Part shown: positions 50,231 through 62,681 of the stretch, in pieces
Numbering within the stretch: the stretch's first letter is position 1
Layout of the letters: the number at the start of each line of letters is the position of its first letter
Source of the DNA: Chiloscyllium plagiosum
Lineage: Eukaryota
Length of the DNA: 64,000 nt
Reading direction: 5' to 3'
Assembly (NCBI RefSeq): GCF_004010195.1
Contig: NC_057718.1
Coordinates: 41,685,803 to 41,749,802, forward strand
Notes under the pieces: generated by a model
Seen by the model: the letters and a program-made list of their open reading frames with translations, nothing else
What the model was told of the DNA's origin: nothing
Databases searched by the model: none
Program-made: the position numbers and the translations under genes

Positions 50231-53200
50231 TTGCATTCATTCAGTGACACACATGAACTTGGAAGCAGGAAATTTACTTACCATTGCAGAATCATACTTG
50301 CAGCCACAGAAATGCCGATCTTTTCCCTGTCAAATCTCCTATCAGTATTGCTTTCCCAATCTTCCTCTTGCTTCCAACAGCCCATCTGATCCTGTCTCTC
50401 AGCTTTTGAACCACCAGATTACATGCTAGTTCTGGCACTGCACCATTTGTACCATTCCATTCTGATCCTCCTGATTGTTCTCTGCTGACAGTTTGAAACA
50501 CAGCCCAGTGGTAGGTGCTGCTACCTCTGGCTGTGTGCAACCTTAGCCTGCAAGAAAAGTGCACAATGGCAGTGCATAGTTGTTTAGCTGGAGGTATGTG
50601 CAAGCTGTGAATTGTGGCAAGCACACAAACTTGTACAAGCTTGTGTCTGAAGCTGTGAATGTAAATTGGAGGATCTGATTGATTGATTGGTGGTACATTT
50701 AGATGTACATTGCAGCTAGGTTGCAATGGTTAGCTGCTTTCACAATGTCTACTTGGTGGAGTTCCTGCTTTGCAATGGATAGAGGATTTCTTTTCTCCTT
50801 TCCATGTCCTTCATCAAGGGCCTTTGTGCTGTATCTAATTGTTTGTCAGCATGCTGATGCCACTATTATACACTATTATTCTGGTTTAGGATTTCTTTTA
50901 CAACCAGTTTTAGAGTCTGTTGGAGCCAAAAATAATCTTCCCTTTTGGAAGTGCAAGCTGAAGTTCAATAGGGCTGCTAAATTTGAGAGGTGCTCAGCTT
51001 GCACAAAGTCAAGCCCATGCTAAGGTGCACAACTGCTCAACAATGCACCACGATGCAAATTACTATCCTTTAAATCAGCAGTCAGCGTGGAGTTTATTTT
51101 TTGGCTGCATCAGAACGAATCAGCACACATTAGTCGCCCTCCAAGTTTGTCAGCAGCAGAAGCAACCAAGGGCTAAGAAGAGATGAAAGGTACTATCAAG
51201 CCATTGGCTAGCCAAAGCTTCAAATATTTACCTTCACCTGCTGAACCTGTGAGGACTCAAAACTTTCTACTAAAGGACTTCTTGACGCAAGTATCTTTGA
51301 CAGTTGGTGCCATCTCTCTCAATCTCCAAGATTGCTTCAGTGCTAAAAGGAGTTTAATAACTTGTCAAAGAGTGAAGTCTTGTGATTCAGTTGGGAACAC
51401 TTCTGCCTTTGACCTAGAAGTTCTGGATCCAGGTCCAGGTCCTGCCTGCTGTGGGCATATTTTTTAATCATCTGCTTCAGGGATGTTATTACATACCTCT
51501 GGAGCAAGTGGGACTTGAACTCAGGTCTTGTGGTTTAGAGATAGGGGCACTACCACTGCACCATAACAGCTTCTATTTGCCTGTTATAAATGATTTGTTT
51601 TTGATGTGATTCAACATGTTGACAATCAACCTACTAACATAATGTTATTAGCAGATGTAAGTGAGCACGAAGGCACGAAACAGGCCTGAGAAGGGAATCC
51701 AATGTAACAGAAAATGTCCTGTTTTTTTCAGAACTTTCAGCCTTGACTCCTGTGTGCAATCAACTAAGGTTGTAAGTATCATGGTTAAGATGGACTCTGA
51801 CATCTTCATACCATCAGGTCACGTGTTATGATAAAGTGGTGATATCATGAGCATGTCTCTTAAAGGTACACTGACCATAAGACTTAACGCAACAGTAACT
51901 ACACCCGGAAATTGTGAGCATGTGCAGTTTGCAGAAGTTCGTAATATGATTTGAAGCAGCAGAATCTCATTCCCATTCTGTGAGGGCATGAGAGTTATAT
52001 TTGCTGATTGATATTCAAACCCTCAAGACTTTAATTCAAGCATGTTTCATATTCACAGTATTAAGAAATGCACAGCTTTTAATATGAATTGCTTCAGTTC
52101 ACCTCAGCGATAGTGAGACAAAACCTGTGATTAACAGCACCTGTCTTTCCCTTTGTTGATATTTTGAAAGGAATATAAAGGTTTCTTTCCACAGTGGAAT
52201 AGTCGAAGAGGATTTTAGTTTTCCCATATGATTGAAACCTGGCTGGAAGATAAATTCATTTTATTGGTTTCCTCTAGCTTGGCTGCTGTCCACGTTATCA
52301 CAGCAAGTATCCCAGCCTTTTCCTGTTGGTTCCAAATTTAATTAAACAACTTTCTTCTCTGAGAGAGGCAAGTCACCTTTGGGATGTAAAGATAATTTTT
52401 CTTTGTATGGAACATGTAGGCTACATTAAACAATGAGGTTTTGAGCATTTCATAAGGTAACCTATTCCCCAGTGGCCTGTGGAATGCTCTACCAGAATTA
52501 ATGACTGAAGCAGAAACCACATCAAAATGTAAAGAGGAAGTTTAGATTTGAGGTGAATACGAGAGGATACAAGGAATTTGAGAATCCGGCATATGGAATT
52601 AAGATTAGTATTCATGTGGGGATAAACAGCAACACCAATGGAATTGCCTAATTTTTGAATTGTAATATCCATGCAAATTTATGTTAGGAACTCAAAAGAA
52701 ATGAATTTCTTTGCTATTTCTGGCATACATACCATGCAGACACAGCACAGGTAACCTTTTTGATGAAGAAATTTGTGTGAAAGCGATTTCCATTCAATCT
52801 TTTCAGTGAATAATTTCCTCCCCTACAACTCCTCACGTCTCTGCATCTGCACTATGATCTGCTTGCTGGTCCATCACTAACTTCATTTTAATGCATTGAA
52901 GTGACAGTCAATGGTGAAGCACATCTGAACTTCCTAGATTTGGACAGCTCAGGAAAACATGTACTTCAATGAGGAGCAGCCACTGTCAGAAAATATGATC
53001 TTTGAAAGCTTTTCCTTTTGCCCAAAGTAAGCCCCATTGAATAACTTACTTTGTAATACAACAGTTCTGCAGCTTGGCTTATTTTTCTTCAGACTTTTAT
53101 GTTTATTATGACTCCCTGAGCTAGAAAAGTGCCATCTCCCATCAATACTCACCCCTTAATCTACCTCAGAAGACACATCTTTCTGGACTGTTGTAATCAA

Positions 53201-53349
53201 AAGCTACAATATATAACAGCCTCTGAAAATAGGTGTGGAGATCACATTGCATCATGAGCTTGTTCCACCATTCTACAATAAGCAAGCCTACACTTCTGAA
53301 AGGGAGGAAGAAACTGAAAGCCATTCCACAATTACGCCAGAGCTGGGAA

Positions 53350-53540
53350 AGACACAAGAATGGCACATGGACGCCAAAATTTGATGAAATACCACTAGAG
53401 GCCTTGCTGAAGGAGGTGGAGAGAAGGTGAGATGTCACCAATCTGACGGAGGTCTTCTAAACAAAACCTGTGAAGCCATTGGGACCAGGTTACTGTAGTG
53501 ATCAATGACAGAAGTCAATCACCAAGGATATAGATCATAG
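53350..53540 (+). mobile_element. Harbinger Myb/SANT-like DNA-binding gene remnant
   Basis: WTPKFDEIPLEALLKEVERR*DV...WDQVTVVINDRSQSPR matches the trihelix Myb/SANT-like pattern R.P.F....LE.L..EV..R......W..VA..VN....PRT of Harbinger ORF2 proteins. Confidence 0.65.
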
Positions 53541-53549
53541 CAAAATATC

Positions 53550-53669
53550 GCAGGTGCTAGAAATTGGAAGTAAAAGCAGAAAGTGCTGAAACAACTCAGC
53601 AGATCTGACAACATTTGTGGAGAAAGAAAGAGAGTTAACATTTCAAGTTAAATATGACTTCTTCAGAAC
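53550..53669 (-). mobile_element. Old PLE pLTR fragment with a degenerate hammerhead
   Basis: The minus strand reads GUU CUGAAGA AGUCAUAUUUAACUU GAAA UG UU AAC, followed by the CTCCACAAATGTTGTCAGATCTGCTGAG block related to 21585-21681. Confidence 0.6.
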
Positions 53670-53694
53670 TCCACATTTTCCCCTCATCATTCAA

Positions 53695-54335
53695 TTGGCG
53701 GCAAATGGTATGTTGGCCTTCATAGTGAGAAACTTTGAGTACATGGGCAGGGATGTCTTGCTGCAATTGTATAGGGCTTTGGTGAGACCATGTCTGGAAT
53801 ATTGTATGCATTTTTGGTCTCTTTATCTGAGGAAGGATGTTCTGGCTACAGAAGGAGCATCACATAGATTTGCCAGACAGGTTCTGTAATAGCAGAACTG
53901 ACATATGAAGAGAGATTGGATTGGTTAAGACTGTAATTGCTGACGTTTAGAAAGAAAAAGGGTAGGATGGGGTCGTGGGGGTCTCATATAAATCCATGAA
54001 ATTCTAACGATTAGACACGGTAAATGCATGAAGGATGTTCCAGAAGACCAAGGAATCTAGAACCAGAAATCACAGTCTAAGGATATGAAAAGATCAGTTA
54101 GGGTCGAGATGAGGAGTGATTTCTTCACCCAGAGAGTGATGAGCATGTGAAATTCACTGCCACAGAAAACAGTTGAGGCTACAATATTGAATGTTTTCAA
54201 GGAGGACTTAGATATCGTCATTAGGGCTAAAGGAATTAAGGAGCATGGGGAGAAAGTGGGAAGAATTGGATGATCAGCTATGAACATATTTAATGGTCAG
54301 GCAGACTCGAGGGGTTGAATGGCTTCCTCCAATCT
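53695..54335 (+). mobile_element. CR1 LINE 3' end
   Basis: It has ANGMLAFIVRNFEYMGRDVLLQLYRALVRPCLEYCMHFWS, FFTQRV and a CR1-like 3' UTR. Confidence 0.88.
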
Positions 54336-55499
54336 GACCCCCAATCTAGTGCAGTGCCCAAACAACTAATGTCTCAGATTCCATTGCAACACAACAGGAG
54401 CTACACAATGCCCGAGTGCACATTTGCACAGACTGTTCTCATGCAAGCTTACTGTGCTGCCTTGCATGCTCAGACTATGGCTGTCATGGCTGCAGGTTAT
54501 AGTGTTTGATGAGGTTTGTAGAGTATCACACAAGTCCAGCAAATTGTCCTCCACTATATTACTAGGAATGTTGAGATTGCAGTGGGTAAGAGCAATAGGA
54601 GAGACAAAGGCACAGAGCCTAAAGGATTGCACAGGAGTGATTATTGATGTATGTATGCATTATGGCATGGTTTGATTTATAAGTATGTTTTGAAGGTGAT
54701 GGCATTCATTTTAGCCTTTAGGGTAAGTGGATGTTTTGCTGGTCAGTAACTATAACTGTAAAGGTAAAGAACGGGACAATTGGTGAGTGGAAAATACCAT
54801 TTACTGCATCTGCATTCAATGTGTTGATGATGACAACATTGCCATCTTCCTTCTTCATGTTCTGCCAACTGGCGTGGGAGAATAACTTCAAACAGCTTTG
54901 TCCACGGGAGCCTGGCTGATGGCTGTACCATCTCATCATGGGCAGCATTGGTCTGGACTGTCTCATTGACGAGTGAGGATGAACATGTTGGTACTTACAG
55001 AACCACTGCCACTCACTCACACTGGCAACTCAACAATCCCAGCAAAATATTTCCTCATCTCTTCCTTCCCACTATTTCTGCCTGCTACTCCTCCTCAGCT
55101 TGTCTGTTCCCTCATATTAGAAAGGTCAGCATGCAACAAACTACCACAACTCTCAATATTTACTCTGGCTCTTTCAGAGCATTTAAGTTTTTAAGAACTG
55201 GTCTATTCTACCAAATTCTATGTTTTAATTTACACATGCTATCCAAATGTTTCATTGTGAATTGGAGTCCAAAGCCATGTTGTCAAAGGGTAGTCCAATT
55301 CAGTGTTTGTCAAGGTGGTTCAGGTTTGTGCTTACGAGATAGCATTAACTGGATCGCTGAGCTCCAAAATAAGAGTGAAAACATCAAATCAACATTGTAT
55401 GTTGGTTGGCATCACAATCTGTCTACTCTGCATAGTTTTGGCAGACTCTCCCTGTGCTCCATTGCCAAAATGTTGCCTGAGGCGCCCAATACCATAAGT

Positions 55500-56520
55500 G
55501 TCATTTTAGCTGAAAATAATTCTTGTAGTTCCTAAAGTCTGTTGAATATACATGTGAATTCCATGGCTTATATCTTTACTTATAAACCTCAATATCCTTT
55601 GTATTTATTAACTATTTGGTTAAGCTGTTCTGTATCCTTCAAAGATTTGTGTACAAGACTCCTAAGTCTCTGTCTTGATCCATTTTTGTATCCCATTAAG
55701 TATGGTGTCACTCCAATTTTCCTTTACATTTTTGTGTGCTGAATTTCATCTGCCATTATTTCATCAGTCTATGTTCTGTTGAAGTCGATAATTAGTTTCC
55801 TCACTGTTTTCCAAGCTGTGTGTCAGTTGCAAATTTAAGAATGTTGTCTTTTGTTCCAAGTCCAATTTATGAACGTGTAACAAAAACAGCAGTAGTCCTA
55901 GTAACAAACAGTCTCGAACTTTGAGGAACTCTGCTGTATATCTGGCTGTAGTCAGAAGAGCAACTATTGGTACAAATGTGTTTTCTATTCCCTAACCCAT
56001 CTTTATACCAATGTTGCTGTTGCTTCTTTTAACCCATCTACAGGTAGTTCTTCTGTAGCACGATGGTTACCCCACATTATAGAAAAACTACACTTTAGAA
56101 ACAGTGTTTAAAGTGTGACGATGTAATCACATTACAGCCAACACAGGTTCTAAAAGTTTGCCCTTTGGAAACAGTGTCCCCAGTTCATCAATTGCATTAC
56201 ACCGAATTCATGTTTACCAAATGCGCATTGTAGCAGGATGACTTGTACTTAAACTTTGCTAACAGGCCTAACATATAGTATTTTATCAAAAGCATTTTTG
56301 AAGTCTACATATACAACATCAACTGCAGTGCTGTATTCACCCTCTCTGTTACCTCATCAAAAAAAACTCAATGAAGTTGGTTAAACATGATTAGTCCTTA
56401 ACAAATCTTTGCTGGTCCTCCAATATTAGTCCATACGTGTTCAAATAATTATTTATTTTCTCCAGGGGCATTTTCCTGGATGTTCTGATCACCAGGTAGT
56501 TGTGTTTCCAGATAGATGAG
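55500..56520 (-). mobile_element. Decayed CR1 RT fragments
   Basis: It contains NNYLNTYGLILEDQQRFVKD, SCLTNFIEFF-like and VVYVDFKNAFDK motifs on the minus strand. Confidence 0.65.
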
Positions 56521-57246
56521 AGTTTAGCATAGCGTTTTTGCAGGATTCCCATCATAGCACACTCTGAAGGACCTGGCCATGAAATAGAGGATTCTACTGG
56601 GTAATTCCTCCATGCTTGGAAACCTTGTGTAATATCCACTTAACTTGGAGAATTTGGAGGGTTTTGGTGAAATTAAGTACACCAGCTACTGGGAAAAGTT
56701 AGACTATTAAATACGTAGTCTGACTGCTAAGTACACATACTACCCCCAGAGCACTTACACCCCTCAGTTCCTGACCTGATTATCCCCTTCTCTCCTCAGG
56801 ACACAAAACTCTACATCCCACTTAAGACATGATAACCCCCCACGACCCCACCCACCCCCAATCTGCAACTGCTGCTCACATGCCCTCCCCCTTCCCCTTC
56901 TCCAGACATCAGCCTCCTCTCCTGTGACCTGCCTCCCAATCCATTTCTACCACTTGGGACCCCAACATCCCCTTCTTTACCCACTCCTGGCCTGCCGCCC
57001 CCTTTCCTTGATTTCAACCTGTTTCCCCTTATTTCCTTCCAGTCTGCACCTACTGCCCCATCCTTTCCATCTAGACCCAATTTGCCTGTGCCCCCACCAG
57101 GGACTCAGTCTCCTTTGCCATTTACATTCCAGCACCCTAACTACCTGGCACCGTACCCCCAATGATCTACTTATTGCCCAATTGACATCCTACCCATTTG
57201 GCACCTTATCGCATCTGACACCCCATCTCCTATGTGTTTCTATACC

Positions 57247-58017
57247 TACAGTGATATTAGAGAGTTCAGAACTTTAATAACTGTGCAAGGATTGAATGAA
57301 TCAACAAAGGATAGACTATTATACACAGAAAGGAGCAGCAATGACTCTATCTGGAATAAGCTGTTAAGGGACAAAGACAAGCTGTTACACAGAGACTGAA
57401 AACAATTAGCCATGTCTTGGTGAGATTACATAAACAAAACTGCTTTAATAACAACTTGATAATCTGCTGCCTTATGACAAATGGGCAATTAAGATTGCCT
57501 GAAGAACTAATGTTTTGAAATAAAAGGGTTAATTGCAGAAAAAGCTGCATTTTAAAGAGATAGGCAAATCCAATGTAACAAGGAACAGGGGAGATATTTC
57601 TGCTAATAAGGCAAGCCACAGACTTGAGGTCTCCAGGAGAATAATCAATGTTGGGGATGAGAGAATCTATTGAACCATCAATAATGTCACACCACCAACC
57701 TGAAAAAGACAAAACTGTATAAAAAGCCAACAGCAGAACAAGTCAGTAGCAGAACTTCAAAGAACAATGATGCATAAGGATTGAACCCTGGACACTACTA
57801 GAGATAGACAATGTTGGTTGGATTCAAAGCTAAATTCCACCATTTATTTGGTAATAGCTAAGTTGAGTTGTGAGGCTTAACTTGCTTACTTGAGGAGGCT
57901 CGGTTTGGTTGCTACATGCAATAAAGTTCAAATCATTGTTTCAGAAATTTGCTTGTCTGTGAGATTTTTTAATAAGTAGCTGAATGAAAGGTAACTTGTG
58001 GTGATTTACCCACAACA
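57247..58017 (+). mobile_element. Solo LTR (second family) inserted into a C-rich repeat
   Basis: It is ~770 bp and ends CACAACA. It has a TATA-like TATAAAA at ~57718 and AATAAA at ~57920. The flanks ATACC (57242-57246) and GTACC (58018-58022) form a 5-bp TSD with 1 mismatch. The C-rich host (GGCACC repeats) resumes on both sides. Confidence 0.65.
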
Positions 58018-59211
58018 GTACCCTCGTGGCACCCTTACCACCTGGCACCCAAATCTCCTAGCAACCTACCTCCCACCTGTTTGGCACCTGATTTCACCTG
58101 ACATTCAGTTTAACTGGCACCCCTCCATGCCCTCTGTAACTTTGCACATAGTATATGTATTTACACTTTGAAAGTGGCTGTCTCTGAAAGCGGACCTTAC
58201 AATTCCAGATCACAGCGGCTACTGTGAAAGGGGACATGGCTTTTTCTTCCTCTGACAGTTCTGCATGATGAAAGAACTGCCAAAGAGGAAGTAAGGCATT
58301 GCATTTCCAAAGGAATCCTGATTGGAATAGCATCTTGTAACTGTGGAGCTTTGTCCTTTTGTAATTAAGAAGAGGCAGAGTTGCAATCTGCACGGATTGC
58401 CTCTTCCCAAAGTCCAGCATTTGTTTCTAAAAGCTTCGCCACTATTGTTAAACAGTCTGATCCAAAACTGTTGGGTTTGACCTTTCCCTTTCTAAAACAA
58501 TATTGTAAAACCTCAAAACCTCCATATCTTCGGCACCATCCCTGTATCTAAACAGAATTGCAGGGTGGTGGCCAGCAGTTGTGAACTAGGTGATGTTTCC
58601 ACTTTAATTCCTGTGAGTCTTTCATATAAATTATCTTTATCTATTTTTAGATCATCCATTATCCCAGCAATCTCCTCATTTAACATAAATTGTTCTCTTC
58701 CTTGATAGGTGTTTATTTCGTACCTCAGCCATGCATTCTGCCTCTACTGATAGTCCTTCACTTCAGTCTCTAATCAGCTGTACCATTGCTCTGACAGACC
58801 TTTTATTATTAATATCTTCAAAGAAGACCTTCAAAGTCTGTTGCATGTCAGCTGCCAATCTATTTGTCTACTGTGTCTTTGCTCCTCTTATTTCCTGGCT
58901 CACTTCACCTCTTAAAAGAAAGGTCTCCGTTGTATTATCAAGCTAACATCTATCATACTCAACATTTTTATGCTTTATTGTGCTTCCTAATAACTTTCAT
59001 ACAAAGAAAGGCCTAGATTGCCTTTCCATTCTCTTTTTTGGAATGTACTTACGCTGTACTCAAATCAGCTTCTTTTTAAAGGCTGCCCAAGTTCTGTTAT
59101 ATTTTTGCCTGCCAGTCTTTGCACCTAACTTATTCAGGCTAGATTGTTCCTCCATTTAGTGGATGTGGCCCTCATCCAACTACTCTTCTAAAAAAATTTT
59201 AGATTTCTATA

Positions 59212-60353
59212 CAGAAAACAACCTCTGTTATCCGAACATCAACTATCTGAATTTCGGATTTTCCGAACAAGCTCTCAGGATTCAGTAAACTGGTATGAAC
59301 TCTACATAAAAACACAATATGCGAGAGGTGCTTACCCATAATCACACACAGGACATCCACCAGGATGAAACTTTCTCTTTTTGAACATTCTGACACGGAA
59401 AGGGAGTAGGAACAAACGACAGTGTATTTAAGATCATGCATTAACAATAACAGCAAAAAAATACACAAAAAACACTGAGCTGCAACCTGAATTTCCAATT
59501 CTTCAGGAATCTTAAGTACCTGTCCCGATCTGCAATACCACACGGATTAATAATGGATTTTATCCCCCGGTTGCTTGTGCTTTTCTCCCCCTCCCTCTCC
59601 TTTTCCCCCTCACCCTCCCTCGTCTCCCTCTCCCTCTCTCCCCCCTCCTCCTCTCCCTCTCTCTCTGCTTTGTGGGCGGCACGGTGGCACAGTGGTTAGC
59701 ACTGCTGCCTCACAGCGCCAGAGACCCGGGTTCAATTCCCGACTCAGACGACTGACTGTGTGGAGTTTGCACATTTTCCCCGTGTCTGCGTGGGTTTCCT
59801 CCGGGTGCTCCGGTTTCCTCCCACACTCCAAAAATGTGCAGGTTAGGTGAATTGGCCACACTAAATTGCCTGTAGTGTTAGGTGCAGGGGTAAATGTAGG
59901 GGTATGGGTGGGTTGCACTTCGGCGGGTCGGTGTGGACTTGTTGGGCCGAAGGGCCTGTTTCCACACTGTAATGTAATGTAATGTAATGTAATGTTGTCA
60001 TTTTCACCAGGAGAGAGTTGCAACTGAGCAGGATTTGCTTTATCCTCGGTAGCAGAACCCACTTGCTTTGCCCTCTACCTCTGCACACACATACATACAA
60101 CTGCATGAATGAGTTCGCTCACCTTTAGTTCTCTCTCGTCCCAATCCAAAATGTTGAGGGGCTGAAAGACATCTGACTTCAGTCGCTGCTCAGGGGTTGG
60201 CACAAACACAGGATGCTCCTGAGTGGACGGAAAAGTCAGTTTGACTGTTCAGTATGGCTTCCCTTGTTTATGATCAGATCAGTTATCCGAACAATCAGTT
60301 TTCTGAACAAAATACTCCCTGCCCATCTTGTTTGGATAATCGAGGTTGTTCTG
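59212..60353. mobile_element. Non-autonomous Tigger/pogo-like (Tc1-mariner) TIR element
   Basis: The ends are TA|CAGAAAACAACCTCTGTTATCCGAACA and TGTTTGGATAATCGAGGTTGTTCTG|TA, giving ~26-bp TIRs and a TA TSD. Subterminal TTATCCGAACA-like repeats are present. There is no transposase ORF. Confidence 0.85.
59674..59995 (+). mobile_element. HE1-type V-SINE, young full-length copy nested in the TIR element
   Basis: It has an A box (TGGCACAGTGG), a B box (GGTTCAATTCC), the V-domain, retained CpGs and a (TGTAA)5 tail. Confidence 0.95.
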
Positions 60354-62667
60354 TACTGAACATACACTTGAACTACAACACTCTCAATTCCACCCGTTTC
60401 ATTCCTCAGCAATGCCACATTTCTCATTGGTCAGGAAGCATATTCGAAAAGAAAATTCTTCTGATTGCACTTTATTGGCCGGTGAGTACACTAGTCTAAT
60501 AACAGCTATCCACTCTGGAGCAGCAAACTGCATCTGGACCACTATGGTATGGAAGCTGACACCTGAGAACTGTCTATTGATACTTTGTGCAGTCACTGAG
60601 GAGAAAACAGTAATGACTGGACTCTGTCCACTTCTTCGTCGGGGATGCAGTGAAGTGCTATGACAAAAAAACATTTTTGATGTTTGCAATAAGGTCATAT
60701 ATTCCTTGAAAATACTTTTCAGGTGGATATCCTTAAATCCTCTGGATTCCAAAACTCCTTGGGCATTGCTGGGAGACTGGCACAGTCTCAGTATCTCTAC
60801 CTTTTCAGTTTCCTTGTCCTCTGCCAATGCCATATCTGCACCAACATTTTACTGCATAAGAATATAGGAATTTGTATATGAAAATTAAAAAATGATTGAT
60901 AGGTTGGTAAAGATTGAAGTTGTTTTGAGAGATGAACTTAAATATGGATATTAGTCCAAGGCTAATAGATGGTTTCACAATGAATCCATCTTTTCATTGT
61001 AATCCTTACCTTCCCTTGCCTTGAGAAAAAAAAACATTCGAGTGCTTACCTGTCACCTATTTTATCTTTAATAAATTATAATGTTAAATAGCATTAAATC
61101 TGTGTTTAACAACCATTTTGGTGAAAGATGCAACCCACAATTCAGTCATTCATTGACTCATGGCATAAAATATGCTAAATACATTAGATTTTCACTCTAC
61201 ATATGTGACTTTTTGATGATTTAATATTATAACTACCAATGGTATGTTGGTCTTGATGAAATCACCCCTGAGCATCCCATGTTAAAAGTGCTACATAAAT
61301 GCAAGTTTTTGTATTGTTGTTTTCCTGATGATTGCTGTATCATGTGAGCAATATATCTCTGAATGCTAATAGAACAATTTGCTCTAAAAGTGCTACTCCA
61401 TGTGAATGGCAGCTCTTCTAAACAGCAGTGTGCACACTTACTATTTAATTAAGCAATAATGTATGAGTGAGTGTATATTATGACAGATTGGGTGGTAGTT
61501 GATAGGACTGTAGATAAGCTGTCAGTGTCATTCTTGTTATTCAGTCATTTCCCTTCCACTTTCTTTTTGTAAAGTCATATTCTTAACTGTCAGTTGCTGC
61601 TGAGTAAATGGTTGCCCTAATTGAGCATCGTTCATTTGCATTTTATGAACTGTGTACTGAAACAATATGGGTCTTAAATGTGCTGCTAGCAAATATGTAA
61701 ACAGGGCAATTCATATGCTGTTGTTGATGACTATTATTATTGTGCTGTTACTTAGAAACCCAATAAAAGAAAGGCTCCCCAATCTATTATCACTTATGCA
61801 CTGAAACGGAATGAATTAATTTGAATCTAATGTGTTAACATAGATGTATCTAGTGCACATAAATGATAAGAGGAAGACAGAAAAATAAAGCAATACATTC
61901 CTTGAAATTTTATTCACAGTAGCTGCATTTATATAATTGAAATAAATTGTAGTAGAGTTGTGATTCATTTATAAAATTAAATTGATGATTAACTTCCACA
62001 AATGTACAACTGTACAGTGATGAGTATCAAGTACTTCTGAGAGGTTCTTTTTCATGTATCTTTAATTACATTGAACAATCCCAGCTTTCATTTACTCCAA
62101 CATCCTAACATTTAATTCAAAGTTTAGAAAGGAATAAACAGTTATCAGCATGGCTGGATTGTGGAATTCGTTCCTATTTTCCTCTTTTTCATTCTACTGC
62201 AACAAGCATAAAATAAAGAAAATTAATCTGATGCCCCTGTTCAGTTAATATCTGATTCATCCTGCATTTAGCAGTGACAACTTCTATTCTTAAAACATGG
62301 AGTCTTGAAGTTTAATATTTCTTCTTGCCAGCCTTGTAAAAATATAAAATTATTTTGATCAGTCCATTTTTCAGAATATTGTTAACCAATTGTAAATGTA
62401 ATCTTGGAAAAATACATCATGCTGGATTTATCGTGATGCCTTGCAATCAGAAAACAGACAACCAAATCTGAAATGAAAGTGAACGCAAAGCAAACTGTGA
62501 ACACAGGATTGTTTTGAGTTAAGTGAACACAGAAATTCTTAGGATTGGGAATTCAAAGTGATTGAGACATTTAAGTTATATCTTTTATACAAATGGCAAA
62601 TTGACAGGCTCCTATGCATTCGGTTCACTCGATAATGGAATGGGGGCACCTGGTGTTCCATTTAGTG

Positions 62668-62681
62668 CCAGTAGGTGGCGG
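62668..62681 (+). promoter_or_regulatory. Candidate CTCF binding site
   Basis: CCAGTAGGTGGCGG fits the CTCF core consensus CCASYAGRKGGCRS at every position and lies in non-repetitive sequence. Confidence 0.45.

Larger units (their letters stand above)
47540..50500 (-). mobile_element. Old CR1 remnant (ORF1 SGNH to ORF2) hosting nested HE1 and PLE insertions
   Basis: KIGKAILIGDLT (ORF1 GDS block) lies at ~50330-50370. GTTTAAAC, the ORF1/ORF2 junction motif, lies at ~48584. An SDHN-like endonuclease end lies at ~48470. Confidence 0.55.

Noticed and set aside
50530..51035. Short imperfect inverted match (GTGCAACCTTAGC / GCTAAGGTGCAC) suggesting a MITE
   Set aside because: The match is only ~12 bp with an indel and there is no clear TSD, which is insufficient support.
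54948..55535. 195-aa ORF (+)
   Set aside because: It starts at a non-ATG codon, has no recognisable domain, and overlaps decayed repeat-like sequence. It is probably a chance ORF.
59674..59745. tRNA-like A/B boxes as a tRNA gene
   Set aside because: They are the tRNA-derived heads of HE1 SINEs and continue into the V-domain. There is no proper cloverleaf or terminator.
59610..60062. 150-aa ORF and similar ORFs at 47875-48162 and 22636-22935
   Set aside because: These are translations of HE1 SINE sequence, a common source of spurious predicted proteins.
60399..60833. 144-aa ATG-initiated ORF (-), MALAEDKETEKVEIL...
   Set aside because: I recognise no protein family, splice context or partner exons, so it cannot be supported without RNA-seq or a homology search.
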